IMG/VR virus record: IMGVR_UViG_3300049166_000010
Location: 1-47,667 of that record
Direction: 5' to 3' (one strand)
From: a virus
Taxonomy: Duplodnaviria > Caudoviricetes
DNA: 47,667 nt
Both the position numbers and the translations under genes were made by a program. The notes beneath the pieces were generated by a model, which was not told the origin of the DNA, searched no databases, and worked only from the letters and a program-made list of their open reading frames with translations. Positions within the stretch are counted from its first letter, which is position 1. Each line of letters starts with the position of its first letter. Shown here piece after piece: positions 42,669 to 47,667 of the stretch.

Positions 42669-44498
42669 ATGACCATTGCCAGCGAAGTCAACAAGTCAGG
42701 CCCGTACTTTGGCAACGGCGTCACCACAACATTCGAGTACGATTTCAAGATCACGAACCCAGCTCATATCCGGGTGGTGTCCTCGATCGGCGTTGTTGAA
42801 ACCGACCTGGTGCTGAACGACGACTATACCGTCACTGGCGTCGGCGCCGATAATGGCTCGGTGGTCTTGTCAGTCGCGCCATTGGTCGGGACATCGATCA
42901 CGCTGGTTCTCGCCGTGCCGTTTGTTCAGGAACTGGATCTGCAAAACCAGGGCGCGTTCTTTGCTGAGACGGTCGAGACGGCGTTCGATCTGGCGGTGGC
43001 TCGCGATCAAATGCTTGCGGAGGAATTGGGCCGCACTGTCAAGGTCCCAGTATCCAGCGACCCGACTGATCTTGAGACGCTGATCGGTGGCGTTATCGGT
43101 CTGCTCGGTATTGTCGATGACGTTCAGACCGTTGCCGGGATCGCGGGTGAAGTTCAGACGGTCGCTGGAATTGCCGATGACGTGTCGACGGTTGCTGGGA
43201 TCGCGGGCGATATCCAGGAGTTGGTAGCTGGTGGCATTGTTCCTGCGGGCGCCATCATTCCGGGCAGTTTATCGGCTGAGTTGCTGGTACAGACCAATAG
43301 CCAGATACTAGTTCCTGGCACCCAGCCTACGATCGAGGCTGCTTGGGACCGGCTCAAATCGGCGTCGATCTCTCGCGATGTCACCGTAGAGGTCAAACTT
43401 GCAGACGGCACCTACAATTATGACACCCTAAACCTAAACCACCCTCATGGGGAGCGCATTCGTCTTATCGGGAATATCTCAGACCGCGCTGCCTGCGTTC
43501 TACAAAAAAATGGCAGCGTTGGGGATTTGATTGTCGTCTCGAAAAACCATTTTCTAGGTTTGATCGACGGGTTCACTATCGTGTCTCCTGTCAGGCAGCA
43601 GCTTGGCGCAACGGTGGGAACGGGTGTATTGGCGCTAGATAAGGGCGGCGTTGTCCTTGGCTCCAACGTTCACATCGATGGTTTTGCCTACAGCGTTGCG
43701 GCGCGTGATCATTCTTTCTGGGCTGGGAACCCTGGCCTGAGATTAACGCGAGCTGCGGACGTGGCCGGCTGGGCTTACGGCGGTTCGATGTTTGTGTGTG
43801 ATGGCGTCATTATCGAGGACGTGCATGACGTTGCTGAGGGTTTGGGTTTTGGCCTCCAGCCCGAATACAACTCGACCGGAATATCGACAGGCTTCGACGT
43901 TACGGGCTGCTTTATTGCCGGGATTGCTTCGTTGTCCGGTAGCCTGATGCGGGCGTTCGCCGGGGTGTCGCACGACAATCCTGGGAGCGGGGGGCTGGCC
44001 CGTGACAAAGGCAACATCGAGGCGCATGGATCATCGTTCATTGACAATGGGCGATACGGTCTTGAGTACATCGGCGACGGCGGCGTGACCGGCAACGACA
44101 TGGTCGTCACAGGCAATACGCTCGGGAACTACGCCGCTAGGGCAGTATTCGAGAATGGAGACCTTGGCGGGCGCATCGCTTTTTATGACGGCGCTGGTCG
44201 GATTGACGTTGCTGCCGCATTGCCCCTTTACGTGAATACTGCTGGCGGCACTCAGTTCGAGGTAAGGCACGCTGCCAGTGCAGTGAATTACCCCTATGTC
44301 AAAGGCGCCTCGTCTGCTGCGCCAGCAGAGATAGGATCGGCAGGAACTGGCACCAACAAGGATCTGCTTATCAAGCCTGCTTCTGGAGGGGTCCTGCGCT
44401 GGGGGACGCACCAGGCGGGCGCTGTGACGCCTAACGGGAAGCTTGTGTGGAAGACTGAGGACGGCGTACAGATCGAAGTGCCAGCTTACCGGCCTTAA
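42669..44498 (+). CDS. Tail fibre/spike with T7 gp17-like N-terminal anchor and beta-helix body
   Basis: GNGVTTTFEYDFKI...DYTVTG...LQNQGAFFAETVETAFD; 10-aa repeats; GN-rich rungs. Confidence 0.9.
   Translation: MTIASEVNKSGPYFGNGVTTTFEYDFKITNPAHIRVVSSIGVVETDLVLNDDYTVTGVGADNGSVVLSVAPLVGTSITLVLAVPFVQELDLQNQGAFFAETVETAFDLAVARDQMLAEELGRTVKVPVSSDPTDLETLIGGVIGLLGIVDDVQTVAGIAGEVQTVAGIADDVSTVAGIAGDIQELVAGGIVPAGAIIPGSLSAELLVQTNSQILVPGTQPTIEAAWDRLKSASISRDVTVEVKLADGTYNYDTLNLNHPHGERIRLIGNISDRAACVLQKNGSVGDLIVVSKNHFLGLIDGFTIVSPVRQQLGATVGTGVLALDKGGVVLGSNVHIDGFAYSVAARDHSFWAGNPGLRLTRAADVAGWAYGGSMFVCDGVIIEDVHDVAEGLGFGLQPEYNSTGISTGFDVTGCFIAGIASLSGSLMRAFAGVSHDNPGSGGLARDKGNIEAHGSSFIDNGRYGLEYIGDGGVTGNDMVVTGNTLGNYAARAVFENGDLGGRIAFYDGAGRIDVAAALPLYVNTAGGTQFEVRHAASAVNYPYVKGASSAAPAEIGSAGTGTNKDLLIKPASGGVLRWGTHQAGAVTPNGKLVWKTEDGVQIEVPAYRP
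43122..43211 (+). repeat. Three 30-bp coding repeats (VQTVAGIAGE-type)
   Basis: VQTVAGIAGE / VQTVAGIADD / VSTVAGIAGD. Confidence 0.85.
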
Positions 44499-46527
44499 CA
44501 ATAGAGCCGACAGAGAAGCGACCTCGGGGCTCCAGCGGCGGAAGTTCATCAGCCGGCATGGCGGTTGGGAACGGTGTCTCGCCCATCATGAGTTCGCCCA
44601 CGCCTTCTGTTCCAGGCGACTTATCTGGCGCAAACTTCCAATCCTGGTGATCCTCTATGCGGCGACACCTTAGCCACTCAAGCCCTGCGGCTTTGAAGTC
44701 CCACACTGTTACCTCTTTATCGATGAAGTGACGCCAAGCCTCGCCTTTGTTCGGTTCGAAGTAGGCGTCATAAACCGATGGGAACCGCCTGCTCAGGAGT
44801 GTGAGAGTGAAACGCTCCTCGCAATCCTTCGCCTCGGTCCTGTTCTCGATAGCGTAGAAATCCCTCAGGATATCTGCGCTTGAGAAAGCCACCATATCAG
44901 AAAGGTGGTATGGATGGATGCGGGTGAACACATTGGTAACTAGGATTCCACGCCGTTCAGCATCCGAGGCGATCGCTGCTAGGAACTGCCCTGTGAGTAC
45001 AATGTCGGTTCTAGTTTTCAGGGTAGGGCCGCTGCATAGGGCTAGACCTGCCAGCGAAGAAATGGACTGCCGATAGGCGTTGTAGCGAGTAGTTCCGGGG
45101 TCAGCCGACACAACAATGGTGTCAAAGGAATTCCGAGCATCATCAGATATGACCTCGTTCTCCCATGTACTTAGGATTGTTCTGAACCCCATTGCTTTCG
45201 CAAAGCGCATCTCTCTGAACACCCGCACCTGATCTGCTGGGGAGGGTAGAGGCCCTTGGCATACGATAGAGAGTTGGTCGCTCACCTCTGCGCTGCCGTG
45301 AACAATTCTTGGGTCTGAACTTGCGATAGGATGAAACGCAACGCGTTTGATCATCAGCCCGAGATCTCGATCGTCCTCGGAAACACCAAGCCGCTTTGGG
45401 TTCAGGGGTTCCTTTACGCTGATCTTTACAGTGGTCCCGTTTGACCTCGGCATGTAGTTCGGAACCTTGAAGTGGTAGTCTGCTCCGCTTCCGTTCTTCC
45501 AGCCAAGGTGCAGAGCAAGGTCGGCAATCTGGTTCCCATCTACTTCGATGATCACTTGAGGCGCCTGGTCACCACGCATTGCTGCCCAGACGATATGGAG
45601 TACCAGGAAATAGTCTTTAGCTTCTGCATCCAGCGATGGCCGGAACGTGATCGAGCTTTCGCCTCCTTTTGTCCAAGCGCCATCTGGCTCGGATGGGTAG
45701 AAGCCAGAGGTAAAGAGCGAGGCCTGACGTTGATCTGACATGTCCAAGCCTGCTGCTGGCAGCGGCAAGATCGCAACGGCTCCCTGTGTTAGATCCGCCT
45801 TGGCCCTATCCAACCATTCTTCATAGGACCACATCTGGTTCAATTCGTTGAACACCTCTGACAGATCTGCAAGCTCGAACTTGGTGCGAATATCAGGGTC
45901 TTGTCGTGCGGATAGGCTGCTGAGGTCTGGCGCTTCGCTCAGTTGCAGGAACTGAGATACCACGCTCGCCACTTCTGCATTATTGCCGTTCAATTCGTCA
46001 TAGAAGACATTCAGGAAGTCAGGGTTGTCCCGGTTGCGAACGGTGTAGGACCAAGCATCAATCCAGTGGTTGAAAGCTACCTTGGCAGCGCTTGGAAGGT
46101 CAGCCGCTTGACCATCTCCGACCATCTTATGAGCATAAGAATAAACGACATCGTAGGGGTTACGGGTGACCATGATCTCTTTGGCCCTGATCCCCGGTGG
46201 CATCGCGGGCGCAGGCCAAGACTGATGGCCCGGGAATTTGGTGCCGATGATGCGGGTTGCTTTGCCGGTGACTGTGGCGAATACCGATTGCGCAATTTTC
46301 GCGGCATCCCGCTCTCTCACGGGCATAGCTTGAGCGTAGTTCACAAAGTCCGGATGCTGCTGATGCCGAGCAGTCTCCATAAAGAACGCGTCCACTGCCT
46401 CGAAAAAAGCGCGGCTGTCATACTCATGAAATAGCGTGATGTCGGGGCTGGTCGATAGCGCCTCACCCAATGCGGTTGTTCCACTGCGCGGACACCCGCC
46501 GACGACTAGCCAAGTCAGTTCGTTCAC
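44431..46527 (-). CDS. Sulfotransferase-family domain + beta-sandwich + WavE-like domain fusion (moron)
   Basis: GGCPRSGTT and TRNPYDVVYSY (PAPS-binding-type motifs); LSIVCQGP, ILSTWENE, DPG, NAYRQSISSLAGL, LKTRTD, YHLSD; start uncertain (ORF open from 46602). Confidence 0.75.
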   Translation of the reverse strand: MNELTWLVVGGCPRSGTTALGEALSTSPDITLFHEYDSRAFFEAVDAFFMETARHQQHPDFVNYAQAMPVRERDAAKIAQSVFATVTGKATRIIGTKFPGHQSWPAPAMPPGIRAKEIMVTRNPYDVVYSYAHKMVGDGQAADLPSAAKVAFNHWIDAWSYTVRNRDNPDFLNVFYDELNGNNAEVASVVSQFLQLSEAPDLSSLSARQDPDIRTKFELADLSEVFNELNQMWSYEEWLDRAKADLTQGAVAILPLPAAGLDMSDQRQASLFTSGFYPSEPDGAWTKGGESSITFRPSLDAEAKDYFLVLHIVWAAMRGDQAPQVIIEVDGNQIADLALHLGWKNGSGADYHFKVPNYMPRSNGTTVKISVKEPLNPKRLGVSEDDRDLGLMIKRVAFHPIASSDPRIVHGSAEVSDQLSIVCQGPLPSPADQVRVFREMRFAKAMGFRTILSTWENEVISDDARNSFDTIVVSADPGTTRYNAYRQSISSLAGLALCSGPTLKTRTDIVLTGQFLAAIASDAERRGILVTNVFTRIHPYHLSDMVAFSSADILRDFYAIENRTEAKDCEERFTLTLLSRRFPSVYDAYFEPNKGEAWRHFIDKEVTVWDFKAAGLEWLRCRRIEDHQDWKFAPDKSPGTEGVGELMMGETPFPTAMPADELPPLEPRGRFSVGSIVKAGKLALRSVRRPQSSTQASR

Positions 46528-46652
46528 AACATTCAGCCTTGCTTGTTTTGGTCTGAACGTATTGTGGAGATTATCTGGGGGCAAGACGCAATCCCTCCGC
46601 ACAAACCATTGGCTCGTATAGCTGGGGAAACATCTCGGACTAAGGCATATTT

Positions 46653-46994
46653 ATGGACCCCGTTGAAAGGCTCGCCACCGATGTCCAGCAACTCAAAACG
46701 CGGTTCGATGAAATGAGCCTCCGGTTTGCAGTCAGCGAGGAACGGGAGAAGCGTGTCGATGACAAGATCGACAACATGGCTAACTCTGTTGAGCAGAAGA
46801 TGACCAACATGGCGGCGTCAGTCGAGCAGAAAATGAACTCTGCTGTGGCGACAATCGCGTTCGAGGTGAACGGGATCAAGGGGTCGATCGAGGATCGGAA
46901 GTTCTTCCGGCGCGCAGTTATTGTCGGTGCGGTCGGCGTAATCGTTGCGGCTGCGGTGAGGTGGGTTTTGGCTGGCAATCTGGCCGTGTTGTAG
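46653..46994 (+). CDS. Coiled-coil protein with C-terminal TM (holin/XhlA-like) and an internal 33-bp duplication (46773-46838)
   Basis: NMANSVEQKMT/NMAASVEQKMN; AVIVGAVGVIVAAAVRWVLAG. Confidence 0.7.
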   Translation: MDPVERLATDVQQLKTRFDEMSLRFAVSEEREKRVDDKIDNMANSVEQKMTNMAASVEQKMNSAVATIAFEVNGIKGSIEDRKFFRRAVIVGAVGVIVAAAVRWVLAGNLAVL

Positions 46995-47046
46995 CGATCC
47001 GCAAATCATCGCCCGATACGATGCGCGGGAAATCCTGGAGGCTTCC

Positions 47047-47238
47047 ATGCTCGCTCCGTATATCCGCATCGGCTTGCGGTACATCGCCGGCTATCTCGTC
47101 ATCAAAGGGCTGATGCCTCAAGACATGGCCGAAACACTGGCGAACGATCCTGAGGTCGTGGCGATGATCGGTATTGTGATTGCCGCTGCCGTCGAGGGCG
47201 CCTATGCCCTGGCGAAACGCTGGGGATGGACAACCTGA
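47047..47238 (+). CDS. Putative holin
   Basis: 63 aa, two hydrophobic segments, GGAGG RBS, AKRWGWTT ending. Confidence 0.7.
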   Translation: MLAPYIRIGLRYIAGYLVIKGLMPQDMAETLANDPEVVAMIGIVIAAAVEGAYALAKRWGWTT

Positions 47239-47519
47239 TGGACTGGCTCCTGAACTGGCTGCTGGGTTCCGTTCCTGCCTGGGTGTGGATCGTCTTGGCT
47301 GGCGTGGCTCTGGGCTGGGCGTGGAAGGTATTCGGCTGGCAGGGTGTCGTCGGCGGGCTGCTGGCTGTCCTGACGCTCGGGGCGTACCGGCAGGGCTGGC
47401 GGGATAGCCGTGGTGGAAACAGAAACGGTTCACCGATCGGCAAGCGCCATCCAGTGAACCGTAATGATGTCGTTGTCGGAGTAGAGCCGCCGCCTCAGAA
47501 GAAGCGGCGACCGTTTTAA
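47238..47519 (+). CDS. Membrane protein of the lysis cluster
   Basis: Two Trp/Gly-rich TMs and a basic tail; TGATG coupling. Confidence 0.65.
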   Translation: MDWLLNWLLGSVPAWVWIVLAGVALGWAWKVFGWQGVVGGLLAVLTLGAYRQGWRDSRGGNRNGSPIGKRHPVNRNDVVVGVEPPPQKKRRPF

Positions 47520-47667
47520 GCGGCGGGCGGGGTAGGAAGCGGTTGCCAGTGGGTTACATTCTGGTTCTGCAAGACCGGGTAGGAAACCTTCTCAGCCTTT
47601 GGCACCCAATTCCCACTTTCCCCACTGGCAACCCATCTGGCTTGATAAATACCGCCGTCATACTTGG
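47516..47667 (-). CDS. DUF551-like protein, 3' part (joins 1-206)
   Basis: ...VTHWQPLPTPPAA-stop at 47518-47516. Confidence 0.85.
   Translation of the reverse strand, partial: KYDGGIYQARWVASGESGNWVPKAEKVSYPVLQNQNVTHWQPLPTPPAA

Larger units (their letters stand above)
1..47667. mobile_element. Complete temperate podovirus-like phage genome (BPP-1/epsilon15-like virion module), circular form with intact attP
   Basis: Exact 127-bp end overlap; full set of packaging, head, tail, lysis, replication, immunity and integration genes; no host housekeeping flanks. Confidence 0.95.

Noticed and set aside
42669-46602. Diversity-generating retroelement as in BPP-1
   Set aside because: No reverse transcriptase motifs and no template/variable repeat pair seen near the tail spike
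47180-47407. Overlapping ORF as a nested Rz1-like spanin
   Set aside because: No hydrophobic signal peptide or lipobox
47541-47667. 127-bp repeat as physical T7-like terminal repeats
   Set aside because: Length matches a common assembler k-mer and it falls mid-gene; better explained as circular overlap

Overview
The window is a complete, circularly assembled temperate phage genome of 47,540 unique bp. Positions 1-127 are repeated exactly at 47541-47667, and a DUF551-like gene reads intact across the join. The virion genes are podoviral and follow the BPP-1/epsilon15-like plan: TerS, TerL, portal, scaffold, major capsid, cement, tail adaptor and nozzle, ejection proteins, and a T7 gp17-type tail spike. 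The SSB sequence suggests an alphaproteobacterial (Hyphomicrobiales-like) host. The phage encodes a tyrosine integrase next to an attP that carries a replacement 5' end of dusA (RRFAIAPMMD). It also has RecE/RecT, a CI/Cro-like switch, an SF2 helicase, SSB, VRR-NUC, a C5 methyltransferase and a primase/SF3 helicase. The most unusual signals are: (i) a recurring late-promoter-like motif CAAACCAT-N7-(-10) that sits on hairpins occluding ribosome-binding sites, suggesting transcript-start-dependent translational gating; (ii) about 12 palindromic operators GTTGYG-N5-CACAAC spread genome-wide, with a repressor that appears to lack autocleavage residues; (iii) a methyltransferase with a nested +1-frame subunit carrying motif IX; (iv) a primase whose Toprim C-terminus is on the helicase gene, with a small gene wedged in between; (v) a candidate sRNA with anti-Shine-Dalgarno motifs; (vi) an antisense sulfotransferase-WavE-like fusion next to the tail spike. 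All family calls come from motif recognition by eye; no database searches were run.
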